Below are positions 12,093 through 24,527 of a stretch of DNA of 64,000 bases, piece after piece. The first letter of the stretch is position 1; every line of letters begins with the position of its first letter. Made by a program: the position numbers and the translations under genes. Where the stretch lies: NCBI RefSeq assembly GCF_030028105.1, contig NC_092400.1:30648206-30712205 (forward strand). Reading direction: 5' to 3'. The stretch is from Mobula birostris (lineage: Eukaryota). Under the pieces are notes generated by a model. The model was not told the DNA's origin. It saw only the letters and a program-made list of their open reading frames with translations, and ran no database searches.

Positions 12093-13698
12093 AGGTGTTT
12101 GCTGTCTTGAGGAAAATTAAAGTGGAGAAATCCCCAGGACCTGACAGAGTGTTCCCTCGGACCTTGAAGGAGACTAGTGTTGAAATTGCGGGGACCCTGG
12201 CAGAAATATTTAAAATGTCGCTGTCTACGGGTGAAGTGCCGGAGGATTGGAGAGTGGCTCATGTTGTTCCGTAGTTTAAAAAAGGATCAAAAAGTAATCT
12301 GGGAAATTATAGGCCGGTGAGTTTAATGTCAGTAGTAGGTAAATTATTGGAGGGAGTACTAAGAGACAGAATCTACAAGCATTTGGATAGACAGGGGCTT
12401 ATTAGGGAGAGTCAACATGGCTTTGTGCGTGGTAGGTCATATTTGACCAATCTGTTGGAGTTTTTCGAGGAGGTTACCAGGAAAGTGGATGAAGGGAAGG
12501 CAGTGGATATTGTTTTCATGGACTTCAGTAAGGCCTTTGACAAGGTCCCGCATGAGAGGTTAGTTAGGAAAATTCAGTCGCTAGGTATACATGGAGAGGT
12601 GGTAAATTGGATTAGACATTGGCTCGATGGAAGAAGCCAGAGAGTGGTGGTAGAGAATTGCTTCTCTGAGTGGAGGCCTGTGACTAGTGGTGTGCCACAG
12701 GGATCAGTGCTGGGCCCATTGTTATTTGTCATCTATATCAATGAGCTGGATGATAATGTGGTAAATTGGATCAGCAAGTTTGCTGATGATACAAAGATTG
12801 GAGGTGTAGTAGACAGTGAGGAAGGTTTTCAGAGCCTGCAGAGGGACTTGGACCAGCTGGAAAAATGGGCTGATAAATGGCAGATGGAGTTTAATACTGA
12901 CAAGTGTGAGGTATTGCACGTTGGAAGGACAAACCAAGGTAGAACATACAGGGTTAATGATAAGGCACTGAGGAGTGCAGTGGAACAGAGGGATCTGGGA
13001 ATACAGATACAAAATTCCCTAAAAGTGTCGTCACAGGTAGATAGGGTCGTAAAGAGAGCTTTTGGTACATTGGCCTTTATTAATCGAAGTATTGAGTATA
13101 AGAGCTGGGATGTTATGATGAGGTTGTATAAGGCATTGGTGAAGCCGAATCTGGAGTATTGTGTTCAGTTTTGGTCACCAAATTACAGGAAGGATATAAA
13201 TAAGGTTGAAAGAGTGCAGAGAAGGTTTACAAGGATGTTGCCGGGACTTGAGAAACTCAGTTACAGAGAAAGGTTGAATAGGTTAGGACTTTATTCCCTG
13301 GAGCGTAGAAGAATGAAGGGAGATTTGATAGAGGTATATAAAATTATGATGGGTATAGATAGAGTGAATGCAAGCAGGTTTTTTCCACTGAGGCAAAGGG
13401 AGAAAAAAAACCAGAGGACATGGGTTAAGGGTGAGGGGGAGAAAGTTTAAAGGGAACATTAGGGGGGGCTTCTTCACACAGAAAGTGGTGGGAGTATGGA
13501 ATGAGCTGCCAGACGAGGTGGTAAATGCCGGTTCTTTTGTAACATTTAAGAATAAATTGCACAGATACATGGATGGGAGGTGTATGGAGGGATATGGTCC
13601 CTGTGCAGGTCAGTGGGACTAGGCAGAAAATGGTTTGGCACAGCCAAGGAGGGCCAAAAGGCCTGTTTCTGTGCTGTAGTTTCTATGGTTTCTATGGT
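12093..13698 (+). mobile_element. 5'-truncated, relatively young CR1 LINE
   Basis: Long open RT frame and the CR1 3' end with a (TTCTATGG) repeat tail. Absent from unit 1. Confidence 0.92.
12317..13450 (+). pseudogene. CR1 ORF2 reverse transcriptase domain (truncated, frameshifted near the C-terminus)
   Basis: Motifs QHGF, DFSKAFDKV, GVPQGSVLGPLLF and KFADDT. Confidence 0.9.
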
Positions 13699-13963
13699 TA
13701 AGTGAGGTAAAAGTAACACAGTGGGGAATAGTGACAGTTAAACTTCAATATTTGCTTCGGATTAAATAGGAAAGAATGCAGAATAGCTAACATAATGATT
13801 CCATTGGGTAAAGTGTTGAATGTGAATTGGGGTTTTTGAGAATCTTGTGCATGGTTCAAACACCACAATCAAACTTCGGTCAAGATACTTCATCTCTTAC
13901 CAGGGTCTATAGAACTAGATGAAAGCAATCACACAGAAATGCCAGTGTTCATGCCTTTAGACT

Positions 13964-13969
13964 TTTATT
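13964..13969 (-). terminator. Putative polyadenylation signal of ISG15-like copy 2
   Basis: AATAAA on the minus strand at the position paralogous to 5765-5770. Confidence 0.55.
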
Positions 13970-14649
13970 TAAAAAAATCATTTCAAATCATATTGGAAAT
14001 CTCAACAATGAAAATTTCAAAACATTTAGAACTTCAACTAATCTGATTTCATTAAATTTTAATGCTAAAATGAAAATAAAGATCATTGGAAGAACACAGT
14101 AACTGAAGCAAACAATTTCTGAGCTCGTTAAGGTAAAGCAGTAAGTCATCTCCCCCTCCCCCATCAAACCCAATCTTTTTAGTGGGATTTGTTTTAAAAC
14201 ATTGTAAATTGAAATTGCCACAGCAGTTATTTCTGGGTCTCTGAGTGAGACCCATTTTATGTGGGAAGTCATAGACCATCAGATTGTGATCAGCCATTCG
14301 GAGTTACATTGATCTGAAGAGGAGGTGCAGGTTGCCAGAGTTCCTTCGATATTGTTAATATCTGGCCTCTGCAAAATTGACAACCCATGTTTTCCAGGCT
14401 AAGAAGGCAACAAGGTGATAGGCAACAAACCTCGATGGGAATTTATGTCATTGTCCGACAGACACCCCAACAGCACAGCATTAATACAGAGCGGAAATCG
14501 GTCCTTTGTCCAACTTGTGAATGCCAGTGTGGAACGTAGCAGATAGACAGGATAATGTAACAAAGTGCTAACGACAGGATATAGGAATGCAATAAAATAC
14601 CAATAAATTATTTTTAATCACAGTTTTCTCAACCGTCTGCAGGAGTAAA

Positions 14650-15117
14650 TCAGCCTCCACGTAGCCGGAGCAGCAGAGAGATGGTGGTTAGTGGTTTGAT
14701 GTTGTAGTCGGAGAGCAATCGCCCATCCTCCAACTGTTTGCCCTCGTAAACCAGGCGCTGCTGGTCGGGTCTGACCCCCTCCTGCCGATGGACCCGCGCT
14801 TTAAAATTCTGCACGGACTCAGAGGGCATCACGTCGTACGTCGAGGTTTTCCCCTTGTCATTCAGGAGAAATATCTGCATGGATTCCTCTTTCCTGACCA
14901 GCAACATGACGGTGGGGCTGGGGCTGAGGTTGTAGTAGCTCAGACTTCTCTGGTCCTGCATCTCCACGCTTTGGCCATTTTGCACCATCAGACGCTGTTG
15001 CAAAATGGGCACCTTGGTCTTTTCCTGGATTTTCATCTTGAGAGTCGACACTTGAATGGCAGGGTCGACATCAAGTTCGAAACCATCGCCGGTGATAAAC
15101 CTCACCTGAAGTCTCAT
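14650..15117 (-). CDS. isg15: ISG15-like tandem ubiquitin-like modifier, copy 2 (155 aa)
   Basis: Intact ORF ending in LRLRGG. Six amino-acid differences from copy 1 (S20A, N65S, T92S, I123V, R141K, Q143L). Same acceptor 12 nt before the ATG. Confidence 0.92.
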   Translation of the reverse strand: MRLQVRFITGDGFELDVDPAIQVSTLKMKIQEKTKVPILQQRLMVQNGQSVEMQDQRSLSYYNLSPSPTVMLLVRKEESMQIFLLNDKGKTSTYDVMPSESVQNFKARVHRQEGVRPDQQRLVYEGKQLEDGRLLSDYNIKPLTTISLLLRLRGG

Positions 15118-16475
15118 CTTGTTAAATCGCTGTGGAGAAAGGAGAAGTGATTAGAGAGTTTTTACACCAGATGTGCATGAACTATGATGCATTAATATGG
15201 CATTGCCTATAATATCAACACAATTAGACTACTTACTAAGATCTGTAGACAAGCGGGAAAAGACAGACCCCTCTGTCCCTAGCAGTTCTAAATGTGTGAC
15301 AGGAATTTTGAGCCGCAATACTGACAACTTAAGGGGGAGGGACTGCGTGAGCCGGTAAACTTAAACATTTTTGAATGTAATCCGATCAGCGGCAAACAAA
15401 TGTGTAAGTGACATTTGTAAATGCACATGTGTAAATGTGCAACTTGTTTAGATTTCTAAGCCAGGGCCATTCCAACTGCCGCTTAATAGGAAAAAAATCA
15501 CTTTTGTCATATCGCTTTAATGGTGTACCGGGGAGAGGATTCGAACTTGTTGCATCACCGTCTGATATGGAGAAGCCACGACAAAGGGTCAGAAAAAGCT
15601 GCGGAGGGTGGTAAACTCATTCAGCTCCATCATGGGCACTAACAGAGGGTATCTTCAAAAGGTGATGACTGAAGGAGAAGGCATCCATCAGTATGGGCCT
15701 GCCGGTCATGCCCGCTTCTCATTGCTACCATCAGCGAGGAGTCTGAAGCCTTACGCTCAGCGTTTTAGGAACACATGAACTAATGAACAGTATTTTCGCT
15801 ACACACACACGTATATATACTGTATCTATATGTGTGTGAGTGTGTTATTATACTTTATATCATATGCTCTGCACTGCACTGTGCTGCCGCCACAAGCTGC
15901 CAAGTTTATCGATGTAAGTTAGTGGTGATCACCCCAATTCGGATTCTAAATCGATTCTGCTGAGAATAAACTCCATTTGACTTTCAAACAAACATTCACC
16001 ACAATCCCCACCCCCCCTCGCTCTCCTGCACAGAAAGTGGTCACTTCCGACCCAGACTTCCCGAGTCACTCATTTCACACGCAATTTATTGTCATGACAT
16101 AAGCGAAGATTTCATGCACCGTTTTAACAAGACCGTCACTCTACATCAGCCGATTAACGGGTTTCACCGAACCCTGAGACGATCAATCTGAGAAGCAGGA
16201 ATGGTCATTCGGCCTGCACCGCTATTCAATGATATCACGGATGCTCTTTTCCCTCGCCGATAGTTGCCAACATTTGTAGCATATCTATTGCCCCTTTCTG
16301 CAAAGTTACAAACGTTTGTAATTTTCTACTAACTTGTTCTCGCCCCGCGTTTTGTCAACCTTAGAGACTACATTTCCCACCCGGTTCAGAGGATCTTAGT
16401 AAGTTAAATTATATTGTCAATGCTGTAAACAGCTAGATAAAAATGAGAACTTTGAGATAATCAAATAAAGTCTAC

Positions 16476-16860
16476 AATTTTTGTCGACAGTACCGGAAGT
16501 CAGGACGAATCTGAAGAAAATCTGATCCGCAGCTTTTTTTCTTTGCCCTTTATTCTGCACCGACTTTCAGCTCCGGTCCGGGTAAATCAATAGAAATTCT
16601 CCGGCTGCTGCTGATCGGTATCCCTGCTCCCGCAACTCTGAGTCTCTCCGCCTCCCCCGGCTCGCTTTATCTTCTGCTCCCGTTTCCGAACGTCACCGCG
16701 CCGCTGCGCCGATCTCACGGCCCGCTGTCGCTGTGTTGACAAACAAACCAATCAGGTTCCAGCCGAAGTTTCGTTTCCGAAAAATTCCCCGCAGTGAGTT
16801 GGAAAAGCGTGCGCCCTGTTACAGGGTTCAACGCTATCGGCTGTTTCACTTTCGGATTCC
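16476..16860 (-). promoter_or_regulatory. Promoter and non-coding exon 1 of ISG15-like copy 2
   Basis: ISRE AGTTTCGTTTCC at 16767-16778. kB-like GGGGAATTTT at 16781-16790 (minus). Consensus IRF element GAAAGTGAAAC at 16843-16853 (minus). CCAAT at 16748-16752. Confidence 0.75.
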
Positions 16861-17787
16861 GGGAATGACACAACAGCTGGAAGCCGAGAATGCGAAGCCG
16901 GATCTGGACTGAATATAACCTTAAACGTGTCATCTCTGAATACAATTACGTGGTTCATGAAATGACTACGTAAGTGATAAAATGTAACACAAGAAAACAA
17001 TTGTGCTCCATCCACAGCACCTCTATTTCCCCACCTCTGTCGCCCATCTCCCCGAGGACAGAACCGAAACAGTGTGTACCCCCGGACCTTAAGCTTCACC
17101 CCATCTATGCTTTGTGACGTGCACCATCTCCAACGTGAGCCCAGCACCTGCCGTACATCCCGCTCTCCACTTCTTTCTGCTTTCGGCATGGAGCCCTCTC
17201 TCTGAGACTCCCTGGTCCTCACATCTCTCTTGCTCCTGCCCACCTGCACTTTGTAACGGTAGGATGTGTTACAGTTGACCTCACCAGTGCTCACCCAGCC
17301 CCCATCACCAACCAGGGCGTCAAATAAGGAAACCCAAAGGAATTCTACAAATGCTGGGAATCTTGAAGAAAGCACAAAAGATGTTGGGGGGGGGGAACTC
17401 AGGAGGTCGGTTAACATCAAAGGAGGGAAATGAACAGTCCATGATTCAGTCCAGATCCTTCATCAGGATTGCACAGGAAACCAGATTAAGAAGAGAGGGG
17501 TAGGAATGGGGAGGAGGGGGTATAAATTGGTGAGGAGGAGACTGGATGGGTGTGGGAGTGGGGATGATGTGAGAAGCTGGGAGGTGATAGCTGGAAGAAG
17601 TATGGGGCTGAAGGAGAAGAAGAAATCTGATAGGAAAGGACAGTGGACCATGGAAGTAGATGGGGAACCACAGAGGTGATGGGCAGGTCATGTGGGTGGG
17701 GGAGGAAAGTGGTGAGAGGATTACTAAACTGGGGAAAACAACTAAAGGGGGGGATCCACAGGGGAGTGGGTACCTACCAGAAGTTAG

Positions 17788-18944
17788 TGTCACAATGGGG
17801 GCATTGAGAACAGATCCAAATGTGAGACACAGACACTGAAGTACAAGGAACAGGACTTGACTAGAGTAGGGACGTGACAGGATACAGACAAGGAGCAGGG
17901 ACAAGAACGCAGACAAGGAGCAAGGACAAAAACGCAGACAAGGGCCAGGACATGGACTAGACAGGGAACCTGGACAAGGAACTATGAACAAGGAGCCTGT
18001 GCTTGGAGTCCGAGCCAGAGCCTGGACAAGGACCTAGAACCTGGGTCTTGCCTCGGGCTCTGTCCCCAGAACCAGGCAAGGACATGACATGGCTACAGGA
18101 CAGGACGTGGCTGGGGTCTTAGTTCTTGAGTCTTGAGGCTAGAAGCTGGGGACTTAGAATGCGGAGGCTGATAACTCAGAGGCTGGAGCTCAGAGACAGA
18201 CTGGGAACTGTACATCAACATAGAGCTAGGACTTATCCATCGAAAAGCCAGGACTCATCTTTAACATGACACCAATACAAGACTGGACAGTACATTGACA
18301 TAGAACCAGGACTCAACTTTACCTCCACACCAAGGTGGGACAGGTCCACTTGCTGGGTAATGGCAGAACAGCCAGACTTACCCAACAGAGGCGAGGACAA
18401 GACATAACAAGACAGGACCCCCCACAGGGCAACGGCAGAATGGCCTGACTTACCCCATAGAGGCGAGGACAAGAAGAGACAAACACCAAAGAACAACAGA
18501 CAGTTTCTTCTCTGCATCGGGGTTGCTCCGAGTCGCAGTTCAGCCAGCAACCTCAGCTGGCTACGGAAACAGCCAGATCCCTACCTAGCTCAGAGCGGCT
18601 GGCAGTCACTCAGCTGGCATGGGAAACAGCCGAATCCATACCACAAAGACAGCTCCGACTGCCGACAGCAGGGCTCCATGAAGCGATGGTTCTCCAACAT
18701 GGCCTAAAGATGACAAGTAGCCGCTCTAGCCTTCCACCAGCAGATTGCTCCTAGGAAATCTTGACAAGACAAACCAGCAGCTCACACTTGAGCCCAAGGC
18801 TACTTATATTCCAAGCCCCAAGATGGGAATCAGGTGCCTATGAATAACTCAAACAAAACAAGGGACAGCTGGAAGACCCGGAATCCTGAGTCCACGGACC
18901 GGACTGTGAACCGGAATGTGGACTTTACGGACCGGACCATGACA
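17788..18944 (-). mobile_element. Solo LTR, about 1.16 kb, unit 2 only
   Basis: TGTCAC...ATGACA termini and a 5-bp TSD GTTAG (17783-17787 and 18945-18949). Internal short tandem repeats. Related to 41880-42646. Confidence 0.8.
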
Positions 18945-21099
18945 GTTAGAGGTTAATGACTACTCAGACAGAGTATGAGGTGTTCCTCCTCCAACTTGTG
19001 TTTGGCTTCATCGTGGCAGTGTCCTGAGCAGTTTTTCCAGGTGAGCCGGGCATCCACATCCATCTCCTATGGTCTTGTTTATTGTATCAAGTGCTTCCGA
19101 TATGACATCTTCTACATTGGTGAGACCAGTGCAAACTAGGCCTTCCTCTCTTACCAGATTCCTTCATCTGCAGTCCTTTATCGCCTCCAGCCATCACCTC
19201 CCAGCTTCTGTCCCCATGTCCACTCCTCCTTCTTCCATCTGCCTATCATCCCTTCTCACCTGGATCCAGTTTTTGGTCCACCCCTTCCCCTCACTTCTTA
19301 ATATTGGCCATCTCTGTTCTGCCTTTCAGTCCAGATAAAGAATGTCACATTGACTGTCCATTTCCACCCATAGATGCTGCCTGACATACTGAGTTCCTCC
19401 AGTATCTCTTCTGGAGCTTCACATTTATCAAGTTCTGAGTTGATTGAGAAGTTTCCATGTTGGAAATTCCTGGGACCCTACACCAGCGGCACAAGTGATT
19501 TGCAGTGAGACTTACCTCACTTTCCCACTCTTTGGTGCTCCTGTGGTCAAGATAAATGGAATGACTCCATCTATCTTCCCTTCTGCTTATTCCTCTGAAA
19601 CACTGAACAGATGTAAATGTTCATTTCCGGGACTTGGTCACTTTGTCAGATTGTACTTGTTCTGTTGTGAAAAAGTCACCAGAGAGACACTAAAGTTTGT
19701 GGATATAGAAGTGTTTTATTCAACAAAAACCAGCAGCAGGCATCATATTGAGACACTTTTGTAAGAGGAGGCCTGCTCGACCCAATATTACATGACATTT
19801 TATATGCTGAAGATCAAAGGTAACAACACAGCAATTCTACCATTTCAATGTATGTACAATACTTCCTTTTGAATTACATATAGTTATCACACGCCATCTC
19901 CTTTGCACCCACACTCCAGATACCCAAAATGAATATTAAACTCCACTGACTCTCGGCTGCATTCATGCATATGCAGGCTTCTGAGGTCTGATTGTTCTGA
20001 GCTGTGCCTTAAATTCAATCTACAATCCACATTCAAGTCTGAAGATTAGTTGCTGGTGAAATTAATATTTGCCAACTTCAGAATACACCCTAACAGTACT
20101 CCTTTAGAGAGTCATTGCAATTCAATGCAGAAATGGCCACCATGTCCATACCAACCACTAAGCTCCGATCTTATACCCATCCTACACTCATCCCTTGTTT
20201 ATTTCATAGGACCTTGTGTGGGAGACCCATATCTCATTCATTAACAAAAAGTCTTGGCAGAGAATGTTGGTAAGATGTTCTTACCCAAAATCTATTGGTG
20301 CAATTCTTCATAGAGAGCATCCTCACATCAGCCATTACTATCTGGTTTGGTGCAATACAGAAAAACTACAGCCAACTGTCAGGTCAGCAGAAAACATTAT
20401 TGGCTGCAGTCTACCAACAATGCAGGGGTCGTATGTGTCCAAAACAAAGAAACAGGCGGAAAAAGTCATTGTGGATACTTCCCACCCAGCAAACGTCCTT
20501 CATTTGTTTGCTTTGATTATGAGAAGATTGGAGTGCAGGAGTAAAGATGTCTTACTCATTTATTTAGTACCATTATTACACCACAGCTGGAGTATTACGT
20601 AGACGATTATCTCTTTAGACAAGAAAGAAAATACATGCTATTGGGGTAATGTGGTGAAGATCAACTCGACTACCTTCTGGGATAGGGAGTTTACCAGTGA
20701 GTATTTATAGGCAAGAAATGAAGGCCCAGAGATGGTCTGTCCTGAGGTTGGAGGCCAGTCTAACTGTGTGAGTGGGTGTGAAAGGGGACTGTTTTGCTTT
20801 TATTGTTGCTGTTGCTACTTTTACTGTGCAGATGAACATTGGTAATTTGTGGGCTGCCCCCAGCACATCCTTGGGTTATGTTGCATGATAACACAAATGA
20901 CACAGTTCACTGTATGTTCCAAGTACATGTGATAAATAAATTTGAGTCTGAAGTCTGCAATCTCCAGACATCAGCAGAATGAAAAGTGACCTCATTTAAA
21001 GTTACCGATTCCTACTGGCCTTGGCAGTTTGTATGCAGAAGGGATGTTTCCTCTGGCTTAGGGCTTTAGAATCTGGGGTCACTGTCTCAGAACAAAGTC

Positions 21100-22185
21100 A
21101 CTTGTAAAAATGCCATCCTCTTCTCTCAATTCCAACACCTCTGCCCGCGCCTGCTCTCAGGATGAGGCTTTTCATTCCAGAAAAAATGAGATGTCTTCCT
21201 TCTTTAAAGAAAGGGACTTCCCTTGCTCCACCATCAATGCTGCTCTCACATGCACCTCTTCCATTTCATGCATGTCTGCCTTCACCCATCCCCCTGCCAC
21301 CCCATGAGGGATAGGGTTCCTCTTGTTCTCACTTACCACCCCATCAGCACAAAATTTTCCATGATTTCCGCCATCTCTAACAAGATTCCACCACCAAACA
21401 CATCTTCCCTCACCTCCACTTTCCACTTTCTGTAGCGATCACTCCCTATGCAATTCCCTTGTCCACTCACCCCTCTCCACTGATGTCCCTCCTTGTACTT
21501 GCCTTTGCATGTGGAACAAGTGCTACACCTACTCTAATGAGGCACTATTCATGGCCCTTTCCAGGGGAGGCGACACATCACCTTGACTCTGTTGGGGTCA
21601 TCTACTGTATCTGGTGTTCCTGGAGTGGCCTTCTGTACATCGGTGAGACCGCTTCACCGAGCATCTATGACCCATCTGTTGGAAAAAGCAGGATCTCCTG
21701 GTGGCCCCCATTTCAATTCTACTTTCCAATCCCATTCCGACGTGTCAGTCCATGGTGTCCTCTACTGCTGCGATGATGCCACACTCAGGTTAGGGGAGCA
21801 ACACCTTATATTTCATTTGGGTAGCCTCCAACCTAAAGGCATGAACATCAATTTCTTGAACTTCAGGTGGTAATTGCTCCCCCCCCCCCGCCCCCGCTTC
21901 ACCATTCCTCATTCCCATTTTCCCCTCTCACTTTATCTCACCTCGCTCTGGTGCTCCTCCTCTTCCCTTTCTTCCATTGCTTTCTGTCCTCTCCTATCAA
22001 ATTCCCCTTCTCCATCCCTTTCCCTCTTTGATCTATCAGTTTCCCAGCTCTTACCTTCACCTCTCTCCCTCTCCCAGTTTCACCTATCACCTACCACCTT
22101 GTACAAACGTTTGTACTTCTTCCTCCCCTCCCCCCACCTTCTTACTCTAACTTCTCATCTCTTTTTTCCAGTCCTGATGAACAGT
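21100..22185 (+). mobile_element. Penelope-like element 3' fragment (GIY-YIG endonuclease remnant)
   Basis: Peptides GVIYCIWCSWSGLLYIGET and LRLGEQHLIFHLGSLQPKGMNINF, followed by a pyrimidine-rich terminus ending CCAGTCCTGATGAA. Confidence 0.8.
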
Positions 22186-22249
22186 CTCAGCAATTTTGGA
22201 CCCCGCCATATCTTCATCTTGGAGTATGACCATCCCACTTCCCCAGAAG

Positions 22250-22727
22250 GTGGTGAATGGCACAGCACATCACACAAACCAATCTTCCATCCTTGGACTC
22301 ACTTTACACTGCACACCGTCGGAGCAGTGCTGCCAGGATATTCAAGGACACGGCCCACCCAGCCAACACACTTTTTGTCCCTCTTCCCTCCGGGAGAAGG
22401 CTCAGGAGCTTGAAGATTCATATGGTCAGATTTGGGAACAGCTTCTTTCCAACTGTGATAAGACTGCTGAACGGATCCTGACCCAGATCTGGGCCATACC
22501 CTCCAAATATCCGGACCTGCCTTGGTGTTTTTTGCACTACCTTACTTCCAATTTTTCTATTTTCTATTTATGATTTATAATTTAAAATTTGAATATTTAC
22601 TATTTTTAATATTTATTATTTGTAATCCAGGGAGTGGGAAGCGCAGAATCAAATATCGCTGTGATGATTGTACGTTCTAGTATCAATTGTTTGGCGACAA
22701 TAAAGTATAATGTATAAAGTATAAAGT
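22250..22727 (+). mobile_element. Rex1/Babar-like 3' end
   Basis: Highly similar to 11650-12092. Ends with AATAAAG and a (TATAAAG)-like repeat tail. Confidence 0.7.
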
Positions 22728-24069
22728 AGCACTGCCCCAATGCTCCCTGTCCTTCCTCTTACTTGCCACACCAGCTGAGAAGGACAAGCTTTGTGGCTTA
22801 CAAGGAATGGACAGCATGCAAAAAGAGCTGGCAATCCCTGAGGAGCATTGTCCAAGGCCACAGATCAATACCCTTTCATTGTTCCAAAGGGAGCCAACGC
22901 TGTGTACCAAATCCCCTTTTGGACCCCACCATATCTTCATCTTGGAGTGTGACCATCCCACTTCCCCCAGAAGGTGGTGAATGGTGATGACAGAATCACA
23001 AGAGGGAATGGCTCCCCACACCGCCCCACTGCAGCAAAATGATCCCCCAGGCTGCTGTTCTCAAAACAGGGGAGCACTTTGTGCGGAGATGAACCTCTGC
23101 TGCTTGACTGACACAGGTAGAAGACACAGGCAGTAGCAGTGAGAGTAGGAAGTACTAGTGGTGGGGACTTGCTGAGTGAACAGGATATTCAGCGCCTTTT
23201 TCTAGTTCCCAGCATATTGTACCGGAGGATACAAAGTCAGCATCAAATAGAGAGTGGTGACGTGGACCAGGTAACGAGAGGGTTTAGGGTTTGGGCACTT
23301 GTAGAGAAAGAAGTGAAAATGATGGGATCAGAATGAAGCAGAGTGTGAGGGATGTGACAGGCATGCCACTGTGAGAAGGGTTTGTAGGTGGTAGAGGAAG
23401 GGAAATCCTATTCTTTGAAGAAGGGAGATATCTCTGATGCTCTGCAGATCTGTTCCTAGGATGAGGCTTTCCTCTCCAGAACCTTGGAGATGTCTCCCCA
23501 CCCCTACTCAACACAGGGATCGGACTCTCCATTATCCTATCTCCTCCAAGCTTCTCACCTCATTCCCTTTCCCCCTCACCTTATAGCTTGCATTCCTCCC
23601 CCTCCCCCAATTTATTATTCTGCATTATTCCCATTTCTTTCCAGTCTGGGCCCCAAACATAGGCTGTTTATTCCTCTCCATAGCTGCTGCCTGACCTGCC
23701 GAGTTCCTCCAGTATTTTACCGTGTGTTGCTCTGGATTTCCAGCATCTGTAGACTCTTGTGTTTAGACTGAGCCTCAGCAATGTGAAGGTCGATTTTAAT
23801 TTCATACGCACAGGTGCAATGAAAAACTTGCGCAGGCACAAAGTACAGACAGGGACAGGAGAGGAACAGTGAAGAGGACAGGGCCCCTGAACAGTGGGTG
23901 GAGGGATTCAGACTCTGACATACAAGTAAGTTCATTTTGAGATGCGAGACGTGTTTTAGAGGAGGGCAGTTTGCCCCGTGGGTTGGAATGTTATTCCGGG
24001 TGTCTGAATAACTAGAGCGAGAGTCTGAAGGAAAGATGCTTTTTAAAAATAAAAACAAGTGATCAGCGC

Positions 24070-24300
24070 ATATTGAGTCAGCATTGATGGGGCCAGGAAA
24101 AGCGATGGAAAGAAAAGGAACCGAAACTACGGCGTTATCCACTGAAATCGAAATGGGCGCGGTGCTGCCATTAATCAGCTCGAGCGATGACAGCCAACCA
24201 GAGCAGTGACGTGCATAAAATGTAATGTACCGGCAAATTTCACCATATTAGAATAATTTGAAGGCGGGGCTGGCGACCGGCTTATAAGGAACTTCTCAGC
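24070..24300 (+). promoter_or_regulatory. OASL promoter
   Basis: AP-1 TGAGTCA at 24074-24080. ISRE-like GGAACCGAAACT at 24117-24128 and GAAATCGAAA at 24144-24153. TGACGT at 24207-24212. GC box at 24262-24270. TATAAG at 24283-24288. Confidence 0.75.
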
Positions 24301-24356
24301 GGTGGAAGCAAGAAGTTTGGACGCCGCCTGTGAGGAAGAACGTACGCTCAGTAACG

Positions 24357-24527
24357 ATGGCGCTACACGAAATAGACCCCAAGAAACTGGACGACTTCAT
24401 TAAAAAGAACTTGGAGCCAAGCGGGTTTAATGTCGAGGTGAGAGAGGCCATGAACAGGATCTGCGAGTTTTTAAGAAATCAGTGTTTCACCAAACAAACC
24501 GACGTTAAAGTGATCAAAGCCGTTAAG
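24357..24527 (+). CDS. oasl: OASL exon 1 (coding part)
   Basis: [21 protein letters not shown]...KVIKAVK. Start context acgATGG; donor AAG|gtgagt. Confidence 0.9.

Larger units (their letters stand above)
4110..19265. repeat. Tandem segmental duplication carrying the ISG15-like gene (unit 1 about 4110-9940, unit 2 about 9940-19265)
   Basis: Colinear homology through the downstream flank, 3' UTR, CDS, intron, promoter and upstream Penelope remnant. Units end at the same sequence CCTTCTCACCTGGATC (about 4093-4109, 9922-9937, 19251-19266). Confidence 0.9.

Noticed and set aside
12317-13450. 377-aa RT ORF as a host or domesticated gene
   Set aside because: It is a 5'-truncated CR1 copy with an upstream stop, a C-terminal frameshift and a typical CR1 tail.
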